A stretch of DNA of 64,000 bases from Sphyrna mokarran (lineage: Eukaryota), in NCBI GenBank assembly GCA_024679065.1, contig JAGIQG010000030.1:25730001-25794000 (forward strand), read 5' to 3'. A program made the translations under genes and the position numbers. Within the stretch, counting starts at the first letter, position 1; each line of letters begins with the position of its first letter. The notes below the pieces were generated by a model. It did not search any database and was not told where the DNA came from. It saw nothing but the letters and a program-made list of their open reading frames with translations. Below are positions 13,156 through 25,470 of this stretch, piece after piece.

Positions 13156-13447
13156 CGGTGGCACAGTGGTTAGCACTGTTGCCTCACAGCACTAGGGACC
13201 TAGGTTCAATTCCTGTCTGTGTGGATTTTGTACATTCTCCCCATGTTTGTCTGGGTTTTCTCAGGGTGCTCTAGTTTCCTCCCACAACCCAAACATGTGC
13301 AGGTTAGGTGGGTTGGCGATGCTAAATTTCCCCTTAGTATCAGAGAAATTAACATATGAATATGTGGGATCATGGGGATGGGTGAGATTGTTATCATTGC
13401 AGACTCGATGGGCTGAATTACTTCGTTCTGCACTGTAGGAATTCTAC
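13156..13447 (+). mobile_element. HE1-type V-SINE, CR1-type tail
   Basis: CGGTGGCACAGTGGTTAGCACTG head, V-domain, TTCTGCACTGTAGG tail. Confidence 0.85.
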
Positions 13448-13948
13448 ATTTTTGGCTTGGGAATGATGTTGTATTGATCAAAGGATTAAATAGTCTATAA
13501 TTAGAGGAAGATCTAAAATGTTGCTACTTAGGTGCAATACCCATTTGTAGTATAAATATGAACTCAGTTGTTGCAGACTTTCATTCTTCTAAACATTTCC
13601 CTTGACACCATTGGGACACTCCACTGCTGTCAATAAAGGTTCACACATGCAGATAAGATGAACTACTCTAATGATTCTCGTAAGTTTGCAATAACAAGGT
13701 TTGACTGTGCGTAATTAAAAGAATTGAGTGCATCTTCATTAACGTACATTTTGCAATCCTCTGGCAATAATTGACATGAAATCTATTTGAAATCATACCT
13801 ACTACATCTCGAAGAAATTTCAGAATGCCCCTCATTTACCCATCATTTCGGGAGATTTTTTAAGAAAATTCCAAATAAGGCATATGTAACATAATCAATT
13901 ATACTACTTGCATATTGGGTCATTAAATATTACCTACTTTTAGATCAT

Positions 13949-14248
13949 AAAGTTCAAAGTTTATTTAGTGTCACAAGTAGGTTTACATTAACACTGCAAT
14001 GAAGTTACTCTGAAACCCCCCTAGTTGCCACGTATTCAGTACATTGAAGGAGAATTTAGCATGGCCAATCCACCTAATCAGCATGTCTTTTGGACATTGG
14101 GGGGAAACCAAAGCACCCGGAGGAAACCCATGTAAACATGGGGAGAACGTGCAGACTCCAAACAAACAGTGATCCAAGCTGGGAATCGAACCCAGGTCTC
14201 TGGCTCTGTGAGGCAGCAGTGCTAATCACTGTGCTATCATGCTGCCCC
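13949..14248 (-). mobile_element. V-SINE with the alternative (Rex1-like) tail
   Basis: Full head and V-domain; AGTGTCACAAGTAGG...GCAATGAAGTTACT tail. Confidence 0.85.
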
Positions 14249-14669
14249 TAACTAAAGAGGGTTACATGTTTTCATGCTGTAGCTATCAGGTCTTTGATTG
14301 TTTCATGTAGTTATTTCCATCTGACCCAAGCAGGGATGCAACAAAAATAATTTTGTACAGAAAAAAGCCAGTGATATTTGCATTGTAAATATTCAATAAT
14401 GAAGTATAAAATATGATATATAACATATGAAGCATAAAATTGTTATGTTCGATCTATATGGCAGGGTCCTGTTAATTATAACTCATCTTCTCACTGAATG
14501 TGGAATTGCATTTTGGAAACCTCTGCCAAAAAGTGCACTGTGGTTGAATAAAAGGCCTAGATCTTTTAATGGGTTGCCATTCCACTTTCTAAGTTTCAGT
14601 TGCATGATTTCACTTCTCATTTATGGTTGTGTCTCCCAATGCCAGCTTGTTCAAGTATCCATAAAGGGG

Positions 14670-15105
14670 TGTGAAGGAAGCCCAGCCCATCACTCAATCC
14701 AGCCTCCCATTAATTGACGCTGTCTACATTTCCCTGCTGCCTCGGAAAAGCAGCTAGCATTATCAAGGATACCACACCTACGTTCCCTGCCACCGCCCCA
14801 CCCTCCCCCAAACCCCCCCCGCCCCGGACATACTCTCTTCCACCTTCTTCCGTCAGGAAAAAGATACAAAAGTTTAAGGTCACGTATCACCTGACTCAAG
14901 AACAGCCTCTTCCTTGTTGCCATCGGATTTTTAAATGGATCTACCTTGCACTAAGCTGACCTTTCTCTACACCCTAGCAATGACTGTAACACTACATTCT
15001 GCATTCTCTCTTTCTCTATGAACGGTATTCCTAGTCTTCATGGCATGCAAGAAACAGTACGTTTCACTGCATACAAAAAATGTGACAATGATAAATCAAC
15101 TCAAA
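14670..15105 (+). mobile_element. Rex1/Babar-like LINE 3' end
   Basis: Encodes GKAASIIKD; aligns by eye with the copies at 7573 and 11790. Confidence 0.8.
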
Positions 15106-15214
15106 AAATACCTTCTCATGAGCAATTGGGGATGGGTAATAGATGCTGGTCTAACCCATGATACCCCCATTTTATGAACAACTAAATTTAAAAAAAATAG
15201 AGAAACTATGCCCA

Positions 15215-16460
15215 CTTCTTATGGCACTAGTTGTTGGATTCTGGTAAATGTTCAAAAACACATCAAATAGCTTTGGGGCATTTAAACAGCTTTTCAGTGA
15301 GTTCGTCAATTAATGTATGAGTGAATTGATGAATGGATGGGTGAATGTGTAGGTATTTAAGTAGGCATGTTGAGCAAGGTAAGTTTTGTGGACGAGGCCA
15401 TTTGAGTATGGTTATAGGTGGGGAGGCTGGCAGTTAGATAGAGTGGTACCTGGGTAGAGTGGAGGGGGAGGTTGGTGGATTGGAGTATTCAGATTATATT
15501 AGGAGGAGTTGTCAGATTTGGACTAATCAGGCCTGGTTGTAGGGGAGTCTGCAGTCAGAGGGGTGTAGGCTGGTGAGGGCTATTCAGGTGGGTTTGAGGA
15601 TGAGTTGGGTGGTCAAGAGGTGAGTCAGAGTTCTTAGTTGAATAGTTACCTAGGAATTAGAATAGGAATTTTCTGTCTAACATTTTCTGGGTAACTGTTT
15701 AGGTAAGCGTGTTGGAGCTGTCTGACCTCTCTAACTTTAATTTGGAGTCACAACTTTACCATTTCTTGCAGAATAATGTGGCAGGGGGTAAGAAAAGTGT
15801 CATTGAAGCCCCAATAGTGACTTTTCTGCCTAAAGTTAGAGAGATAGCAAAAAAAAATTGGAAGGGGTGTGTTCTACAAATTCACATTGGTGAATCAGAC
15901 TCTTAATGAACATTGGGATACATTTTAAAGAATACACAATAGTTAAATAGAATATATATTCTGTTTCCCATGTCCTCACACAATGCCCCACCCTGCACGA
16001 CCCTTAGTATGTGCCAGGGAGCAGTGTCCAGCCGTGACCTTCTGCCCTCCTAAGTAATGCATACAACTAAGCTCCTCTGGCAGGTCAGCCTGCCAGGTGT
16101 GCACCATGGAGAACCATTCATAATTCACATGGCATAGGCTCCTCAAATTTATGATAATGCAGTTCCAGACATTGAATGTCAGGATTCCTGATGGGGGCAG
16201 AAACAACCACGATGAGGCTCCCCACTGATGTAAAACACGATTTGGGCTCTCGTGAGATATTCCGCCCCCATCACCAAACTTGCCAGAGAAGGATGTGAGT
16301 GAAAAATCCTGGTTAGTGACTTTTTCAGAGGGCCCTGGGACCAGGGGAACTGTCAATTAGAAGTTCAAACTTCCCAAGTACTTCCTATTGAGTCATTGCG
16401 TGGAGATTCTGCTGGGTCCCAAAGAAGATCATGGTGGGTATGGTCTAGACACTGGAAGAT
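15215..16460. mobile_element. Old G-skewed interspersed repeat, interrupted by younger inserts
   Basis: 15640-15760 and 16315-16400 align by eye with the contiguous stretch 23530-23720 (e.g. GAAGTTCAAACTTCCCA). Confidence 0.5.
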
Positions 16461-16569
16461 CTGTTTTCTGAAACCTCTTTGTTATGAATTTTAATTTTAA
16501 TGTTTTAAAAATTCTCATGTTCATATCCTGCCATTAATTTGCCCCTCCCTATCTCTGTATTCCCCCTAG

Positions 16570-16848
16570 CTTCTGAAAGTTCTGTGTTCCTTAACCCTGA
16601 ATTTCTTTTCCATTCCTAACCTTTTCTCATACCGCCATTGTTGTTTAAGGCTTCAGTCATCTGGGCACAAAGCTCTGGAATTCCTCCATCAGCTTCCTCG
16701 CAATTTCCAACTCTCCTCTGCTTCTGGAGTTTTTTTTAAATTTAACTCTTTGACCAAGCTCTTCCATCTTCGACTTGAGATAAGGTATTACCAAGCAACA
16801 CTCCTGTGAACTTCCTTAGTTTGTTATACTATTCTAAAGGTGCTATAT
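16570..16848 (+). mobile_element. L2-type LINE 3' end
   Basis: CTTCAGT...AAGCTCTGGAATTCC (AFS..KLWNSL remnant) and AAAGGTGCTATATA tail. Confidence 0.6.
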
Positions 16849-16850
16849 AG

Positions 16851-17167
16851 GATCATAGAATCCTACATTATAGAGGGAGGTCATTTGGCCCATCAAGCCT
16901 GCACTGTCAGAAATCCCACCCAGGCCCTATCCTCGTAACCCATCTATTTACCCTGCTAATGCCCCCGACCCGATGGGAAAATTTAGCATGGCCAATCAGC
17001 CTAACGCGCACATCTTTAGACCGTGGGAAGAAACTGGAGCACCTGGAGGAAACCCACACAGACCTGGAGGTGGAGTGGGGGTGGAAATGTGCCAGCTTCA
17101 TGCAGACAGCCACCCAAGGCCAGAATCGAATCCGGGTCCCTGGCGCTGTATGAGGCAGCAGTGCTAA
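16851..17167 (-). mobile_element. HE1-type V-SINE, CR1-type tail
   Basis: Full V-domain and tail; several CpGs retained, so probably relatively young. Confidence 0.85.
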
Positions 17168-18827
17168 TATTACAAGTGAAAATGTATAAATGTCTGGAAC
17201 ATGCTGATGGAGAAGGTGGTGAAAGCAGATTCTATAACAACATTCAAGAGGTATGTGATTGATACATAAACAAGCAGGGAATAGAGGGGTATGTAGAGGC
17301 AAGAAAATATTAGATTAGAAAGGCATCTGTATCAGCACACCTGTGTTGTACTGTTATTGGTTCTTTATGCTTTATATATATTGATAAGAAGAAAAATAGA
17401 TATAAAAGACCAAGGAGTTAAAATAAAACAAAATAAAAGAAACAAACTGGCAATAAATGCTTTGCAGTGGTGCAATCAGCACACAGACCCAATGACTTAT
17501 TGCATGATGGCCAAAATTCTTGTAATGGATCAGGAACTTTGAAATGTAACTGTTATCCATATCCACGTCACTAACCCCAGGCCAATGAACTGAATGATTC
17601 ACCCTGTGCAGCTAACTGCCACACATTATCCACTGCCTTAACAATTGAGTCAATATCGAATGCCAACTAGCATGAAAGGGTTCAGATACATGGTAGTGTG
17701 CTCAAGGGTGGTCCCAAAGAGTTCTATGTGATTATTACAGCCAGAACGAACTGGCAATGGCTCATGACATGATTACCAATCTGATCTGAATTCATGAACA
17801 AGGGGGATACCTAACTTTACACTTGGCCAGCATTATCAAGAGCATGGGAGAGAGAGATTGATTGGCACATGCACAGTGGAAAATCAGTATTAGTTGAATG
17901 GAAGGAATATGAGATGGTCAATGGGGGAGAGAGCAATGTCAAAGAAAATATCATTGTCTAATTTGACTAAGATCAGCTGTTCTTCTCAGTTTTAACCAGT
18001 TATCATAAGCTTACATTACATTTCTCATCATTGACATTCTTGTTACATTTCCTTTGTTGCATCAGTGCAAAATAATTCATGTTACGCAATCCAGTGAAAC
18101 CAATCACAGCACAAAACATAAACTCTATGTAGAAATGAGGCCAGGAAACGCTTCACGCTACACAAGCACTGAGGGCAGCAAACAATAATGGATTGGATTT
18201 TCCCTTCAGGGGAAACAGTCACTAATGGAGATTTTCATGAGGAATGGCCCTGTAATTGGCATGGAGACAGATTCTCTGGCCAACAAAAAGTGAGGGATGT
18301 AGTCTTGAAGCTGGATGGCAAATCAGAGGCCTTTGAGCTGGAAAGGAGCAGCAGGTTGCAAAGGAAGGTAAGCAAATGGGAGAGTGTTATACCATGGAAC
18401 TTTTTTTTTCCACATCTTTAATTACAAATTAGGTTCAGTCACCACACCACTGCTGCTGTGAGGTGGCAGGTGGGGGGATGTTGCCAGAAGGGGCAAGAAT
18501 AGGGGAGAGTCTGAGGGTGTGGGAGGAGATCCCTGCAGAGGATGATCGCATGGCAGATCTTGCACGCTTCTAGGCCTGCCTTGGAGTGCTGATCCCATTC
18601 CTTGCTGCATCCCATCCCAGTCAGCTGCTGGGTGTCTGCATCCATGCACTAAACAAACCTCTCCCTGAAAGGAGAAACTAAAGGCAGAAATCCCAATTGA
18701 CCTCCTGCCTCCAAACCCATCTCAAAATTGGACCAAAAATCCTGCTCATTTATGTGCATGAGTCATACGTTGCTGACAGCACCCAGCTTTCTTATTCAAC
18801 ATCTTTGAGAAGAAATACATATCTCAC

Positions 18828-19130
18828 AGAATCATGCAATGCAAAAGGAGGCTATTCAGCCCATCAAGTCTGCAGTGACAATCCCACTCAGGCCCTATCC
18901 CACAACCCAATGCACTTACCCTAATTAGCCCCGCTGACACTAAGGGGAAATTTAGCATGGCCAATCCACCTAATCCACACATCTTTGGACTTTAGGAGGA
19001 AACCAGAGCACTTGGAGGAAACCCACGGGGAGAATGTGCAGATTCCACATAGACAGTGACCCCAGCCAGGAATCAAAATCAGGTCCCTGGCACTCTGAGG
19101 CAGCAATGTTAACCACTGTGCCACCGTGCC
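18828..19130 (-). mobile_element. HE1-type V-SINE, CR1-type tail
   Basis: Ends AACCACTGTGCCACCGTGCC, the reverse complement of the head. Confidence 0.85.
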
Positions 19131-20159
19131 ATCCCAGTTCTCCTTAGGAGAATTCAGAGTTGGGTGTATCTGACGGCAACTGTAGTTTGTGTTCAACTCT
19201 AGATCTCTGGAAGCATCTTAAAGGTGAGAAAGAAAATATCAAAAGAGTCATCCTTGACATTGAAAAGAATTCAGGTAGCCACCTTTTATTTGTTCGCCGC
19301 ACACAATGCAACAGTATCACTTATGTCCAGACATAGCAGTATATCATGAAAATGCAATTGTGTTGGTTGTGTATGACCTCCTCCCTAAAAAAAATACTAA
19401 AATTCTGGCTCCCCTCTCCCCGCCAAGAGCAACAAATCTTGACACATAAACGGAGTAAGTTGCTTTGTCATGAAGTGAATAAGTTAGATGATACTGAAAA
19501 AAACTACCTCCATTAAACTTTACAATAGTTTAAAAGTGCATAACTGTGTGTACAAAGTGCAATAAGAGACCACTGCCACAAATTTGACCTTCATAGATTC
19601 AGGTTAAAATCTTTATCCCCGATTTAATTCAACTGGTGGCTGAATGGATATACTTACTTTTCACATGGACCATTCACACTGCAGGAGTGCATGTAAGTTC
19701 CTTGAGTTCACTGTTCCTTCCTATTTTCCCTTTAGACCCCTGCACCTTTCCTTCATTTGAAAAGCTTTGCAAACAGTCACAGGTGTTATTGTATGCAGGA
19801 ACTTGAGTTTGATCTCAAGTCATACTGTTTTGTGATTTAATATGCTGGCAGATTGGCCCACTGTGCATCAACAGATGTAATGGGGATTATTAAAGGAATC
19901 CAAGTTTTGTTGCATACTGCACAGTACATGTCTATTATCCATCAGTTCTTAGGTCCCTAGCTGCTCATTATTAAACTGGCATTGAAATTCTACTTGACTT
20001 CAGCACATAAATTATTGGCTGTTCTAATTACCAAGGAATTCAAAGTGCTTTAACAATATTCCTGTTTTCTAATTGATTTAATTTTGCTTTTTCTTTAATA
20101 TGGTTTTTAAATGCCTTATATTCATGATGCTATATTAAGTATCTTTTATTATTTAAGTA

Positions 20160-20450
20160 AGTGGCATAGAGGTTAGCACTGCTGCCTCATAGCACCAAGG
20201 ATGCAGATTCAAATCTCAGCTTGGGTCATAGTCTGCACGCAGGTTTCTCCCAAGTGCTCCGGTTTTCTTCCATGGTCTGAAAGATGTGCTGGTTAGGTAC
20301 ATTAGCTAAATTCTCTCTCAATGTACCTAAACAGATGCTGGAATGTGGTGACTCGGAGATTTTCACATTCATTGCGGGGTTAATTAAGCCTACTTACACT
20401 AATAAATAAGTAACATTAATAAATTAGTAACACTAATAAATAAGCTTTAA
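20160..20450 (+). mobile_element. V-SINE with the alternative tail, internally deleted
   Basis: Head GTGGCATAGAGGTTAGCACTGCTGCCTCA; tail with a roughly triplicated ACACTAATAAAT. Confidence 0.75.
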
Positions 20451-22039
20451 ATTTCAACAATCCATGAAAGTAGAGCCCGAGATTATCACAATATACTTTC
20501 CAATGAGAAAGGCTAGTTGATCTAACTTAATTAATCATTTGTAACAACCTGACACTTTCCCCATTGCAGCCTTTAGTTATTTCTTGAATAGTTCCAGCAC
20601 CTTTTCCAAAAGTTTATTTAAAGTGTTGCCCACTCTCTGTGTCAACAAGAATCTCCCATTTCATTTTGTTACTTTGAGTTTACGTGCCTTTACTATCAAG
20701 TGGTATTCTGGATTAACCTTTTCCATACTATTTATTATCTGACTTACCTTTACAAGATCAGCATTCAGTTGCCATCTCTGCAGGCTAAAAATTCCAGTAC
20801 TCTCCAGTCTTTTCTCAGAATGCAGATCCCAATTGTGGGGTTTATTTTGTTGATATTCTGTACATCGCCTCCAGTGCTTGAGTCTCAGAAACCAAGACTA
20901 CTCACAATTGATCTGCTCAGAACCTGTACAGATTGATCATCATTTCCTTTGATTTGTAATTCAGTATTTTGGATATGAAACAGATGCTGCTTTTCATTGA
21001 CTGGGCACATGTTTAGTGTAAAGTCTTTTCTGGCCCTACATCTATTTCATCTTTAGCCATTTCTTCACCATTCATGAAGTATGCATGTTGACCATTTTCC
21101 CTTCCTATGTGCCTCACCTCATACATGTCTATCTGCTGGAATATGAAAACCATGGAAATGGAGTTAGCTCACATTACTGTGGATTTTTAATTCCACAGAG
21201 ACCCCAGTGTGTTCCCTACCCAGAAGCAAGCCTGATTAGCAAGCTTGACTTTCAATCAGGCAAGGAGAACTTCCAAAGAGGCTGGAGGATTAGCTCGACC
21301 CAAACCTGAAGTGGGATCCAATCACCAACTGAGGGAGGAGTGGGTCTATTCTTGATATCCAGTGTAGGGAAAAGCAGAGCTTGTACGGGGGAGGGCACAC
21401 CTGCTCTCCCTGGATGATGAGGAATATGTTAGGAGTATTTGCCTTCCTCTTGAGGCTGTCAAGTTTCATGGTCATGCGTGGTTAAATCCGCAAAGCTGGT
21501 TAAATCTGAAGTTTTCAGATTCATGAATATATTTATAATGCCAACCCACCTCCTGAGAGTGGGAGGCCTGTTCCTTATCATACCTCAGTAGAAACTAGAC
21601 GTGGATGGTTTAGAACCTGCTGCCAGGCATGCTCAGACTTTTTGTTAACTCTCTACCCTTGTTCAATCCGACTCACCCATGTTAAAATTCTCCAGGTACC
21701 TCATTCCTGTGCTACCATTCCTACCACTGAAAGTAATTGTGCGATGTGGCTACACTCAATTCAAAATACATATATCCAAAAATAGGGAATTTTCCTTCTG
21801 GTCTTTATACAAATTGATGATATTTTATATGGTTTTTTTATAAAAAGTAGATTTTATAAGAAGGGCATAAAAAGTAGATGTGTATATCAATCTCATTATG
21901 TATTTTATTTAAGCTGAACATGTTGTGCAGTTATGTAAAATCGTGTGAAAATCATCTTTCTAATCCAATCATTTTCTCCTTTTTTGAGCAGACCTACCAT
22001 GACAGACATGAGACTGATGAATATTCTTTCTCTGTTGTT

Positions 22040-22265
22040 GTACCAGTTTCAAACCATCCCGACTTGGAAACATATCCTTTCCACTGTTTCTTCACTGTTG
22101 CTGGGTCAAAATCCTGGAACATCCCTCTCTGCCAGTGCTGTGGACACACCTACACCACATGGACTGTCGCGGTTCAAGAAAATGGGTTACCGTCTTCTCA
22201 AGACCTGTTAGGGATAGGCTATAGATGCTGGCCTTGCCTGCGACTCCCACATCAGGAGGAGGAAT
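22040..22265 (+). mobile_element. LINE 3' end, same family as 4047-4665
   Basis: GCTGGGTCAAAATCCTGGAAC...GCGGTTCAAGAA...ATGCTGGCCTTGCC...CCCACATC. Confidence 0.7.
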
Positions 22266-22689
22266 AAGAGAAAACACTGATGATACAATAGCTTTAATTA
22301 AATGTGTACAATGGCTCATGGAAAAAGATAATTGCAACTTGCATATGTGCCATTGATATCTGTAATTTGCTGAAATATAATTTTTAATCTTCCACCATTT
22401 ATGCAGCAAAAAGTAATCTTTTGGATCCAGCTCACTGCTCTTGATAAAGAGGATTTCTTATATCACAAAATTGAAGAATTGACCTCCCTTCTAGCATCTA
22501 AAATTGAATAAAAGAAAACCCATCTCTGACTAAGTTTGAAAGTTGATATCAAATTTCAATCTGGAGAGCACGCAGGAAAGAGTCTGTGAGCTGCACTGAA
22601 TCCTGTGTAAAAAAAAAATGCAATGAGTAAATATTTTCAATTAATTTATTCTTTCGGGGAAAAAGGGAAAGTTAATATTGCAGCATAAG

Positions 22690-23790
22690 ACAAATGTAAC
22701 AAGCACCATTGAGAACAGTCATAGCAATGTGGTGCAAATACTCTCTGACCCATATCTTCCAATGAAGATCAGAGCCCCCTATTTCTGACACTGAAAATGC
22801 GCAAGTACCTGCCTCCAATTGCTCCAGGCAATCTTTCAATGGGAGATCCTTCACATTCCTCCCAGTGCGGCAAAACTTGTAGAGAGCATTGCAGAGAAGC
22901 CATGATATCCTTTGCTGTCACAAACTGCTATATTCCCAATAAGTGAAAGGTTTAAATGTGCCAAAGTTGTTTTGAAAACAGCTTCAGAAAGTAAGTATGG
23001 AAAGTAAATGGGTACAGGGTAGAGGAGGCAAAGAAGTAGGGTGGCTGAAATAAATGGGTAAAGAGGTAGAGTGGGTAAGGAAAATAAGTGACAGGGTAGA
23101 GTGGATAAAAGGATAGGGTGGGTAAGGCTGTAGGGTGGCAGGTAGGCTAGGTGGCAATGTGATAGGTGGGTCCAGTGAGCAGGCTGGCAGGCGGATGAGT
23201 GAGTAGGTCAGGGCTAATCAGGTCAAAGGGTTTTGGGTCAGGTTGGGGGGCTAATCAGATCAGGTCAACAGCTCCTCAGGTTGGGTTCAGGGGAAAACGG
23301 GGCTCAGGAATCGTCAGGTGATTGGCGCTAGCTAGATACGTTTAGTGGTGAGTCAGGCTGGTTCGGGGGAGATAGGGCTTGGGAATCACCAGTGATTGGA
23401 GCTGGCTAGGTCAGTTCAGGGGCAAGTCAGATGGAGAAATCAGTGATTGGGGGTCGTCAGTGTGATAAGTCACGGGGTGAGGAGAAGTAGGGGGGACCTT
23501 CAGTGTGAGTGATTGTGGAAGGTGAGTTGTTTAGTTACCAGGTATTAGGCTAGGTTTGTTCTGTTTAGCATTTCCTAAGTAACTCTCCAGGTAAATACCG
23601 TGGAACTGTCTAAAGTCCTCAACTCAAGTTCAAAGTTGGGGACATTTTCTGAGGGTCCTGGGGAGCAGGAGGATTGCCTTTTGGAAGTTCAAACTTCCCA
23701 GGCAATTCCCACTGAATCCTTGCATTGAGGCAACTGAGCATCTTCCTGATGTGTCCAGTTGCTGCAATCCAGAGACCAGGCAATTTGGGC
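22690..23790. mobile_element. Old G-skewed interspersed repeat, same family as 15215-16460
   Basis: Purine/G-rich core with GGTCA/GGTAG microrepeats and a shared 3' block. Confidence 0.5.
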
Positions 23791-25236
23791 CTATGTTATT
23801 TGAATTGTTAGCCATTTAATTCTTCTGTACATTTATATAATACTTCCCATCATTGTGAAACTTCAATTAGGAATTATCAATAATCTCAAATAAAGGACTG
23901 TCTCATTTAAGCAGATACCTGAACCTGTTCACAAAATCCCTTTAACTACATGTGCTGTTTAAATATTCCAATGTTGAATATGTCTCATTGTTAATGATCC
24001 ACAATGTGCTGATTATAAATTTTTGTTTTTAAAAATGTTCTTTAACATGAGCCGAAACTGCTCTTTGAAAGGGGTACTATTTTCTGGCTGGAGGGCTTTT
24101 CATTTTAATAGACTTGTATTCCTTCCAGTAAGCATAAATATTATCAGTGTGAGTAGATAGCTCATAAATTCATCTCCATGTATTCCGAAATTGTGCGCAA
24201 GATCTTATTGCAGAGATTACTCTATCTTCTGTGTTTTCTTGCATTTGTGTTCATCAATGCAAGGATCGACAGTGCTGCAGGAATGAAATGTTTTTACTTT
24301 GCACATGTTAACAGCGTCGAGCACAGCCAAGAAATATAAGAAATGAAGTAAATGCAATTAGCAGCTCTTCCTGCATTGTTATGACAGTGCACTTAGATTT
24401 TATACATACACACACACAGACACATACATACACAGTTACATACACAGATGCACACAGACACACACATTCAGTATTAATATGCCTTTTGCATCTCTTACAC
24501 AATTTGTTGTCATTCAAATTCACAAATTATACAAGATCTGAGAACCAGTTTCTGCTGAGGACATGAAACCAACCATTTCACTTTGGAGAAAATAAATATT
24601 CGTCCCTTCTGATTAAGCTAAATTAATTAAAGTTGTCCTCTAACCTTAAATTAATGGTTAAGAGACAACTTTCAATATGCAACCTCCTAATAAAGTTTTA
24701 ATAAGAAATATCATTTAACCATTGCTCTATTAATTGCACCATTTCCCCAAAATGTCATTATTTGCAGCATAGGAATTATTTTAGGTAGCGCTTAAATTCT
24801 ATTTGGAACTAATGTTTTCTTTCCTTTTTAACAGCCTGTTATAAATTTAGGGATGATTTATTGAATTCTGACTTTGCTGGTCTCTGTCCTCAGACCTTGG
24901 ACTGTTCTGTGACTATAACCACAGATCAAGGGAAGGAATGTGTAAACAAGAAACTTTAACATTCCATTTGGTTAATTGATCCCAAATGCTGTCTTACATT
25001 GACTACCAGCACATACACATTTTTCTCCATTTATTTATTTATGTTTCCTGATCAACAGTATTTACGAATTCTCTGTTGCTTGGTGTTACCCAGCCGTCCA
25101 TCCAAAAATATCTTGGAAGTAAATAAAGAAGCATCAGCACCTTTTTTTCTGTGTTCTTGTTCCTAGATTAAGTCTTTCCCTATCAACATAACAGCTGAAC
25201 CACAGAAGCCCTGACATGTGAATGCACGGAGACATG

Positions 25237-25470
25237 TAGGTTTGCCAACTCTGGTTGGTATTCCTGAAGGGTTCATCGCATAATCTCTTGCCCCAATCAC
25301 CCCACTCAGTTAAACAGCTTTCTTGAAAAGCAAGCCCTTTCCTAGCTAATAAACAAAAGTGAAAAATGCACACGTTTTTAACACTTCAATGGTTTTTGCT
25401 CTTGAGATTCATGGAGATGAATATTTCATTCCTGAAGACTCCAGGGCAGTCCAGGATGTTGCAAACCCTA
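25237..25470. mobile_element. Non-autonomous hAT (Blackjack-like) element
   Basis: TIRs TAGGTTTGCCAAC / GTTGCAAACCCTA; flanking 8-mers GAGACATG / GAGACCAA fit a decayed 8-bp TSD. Confidence 0.6.
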
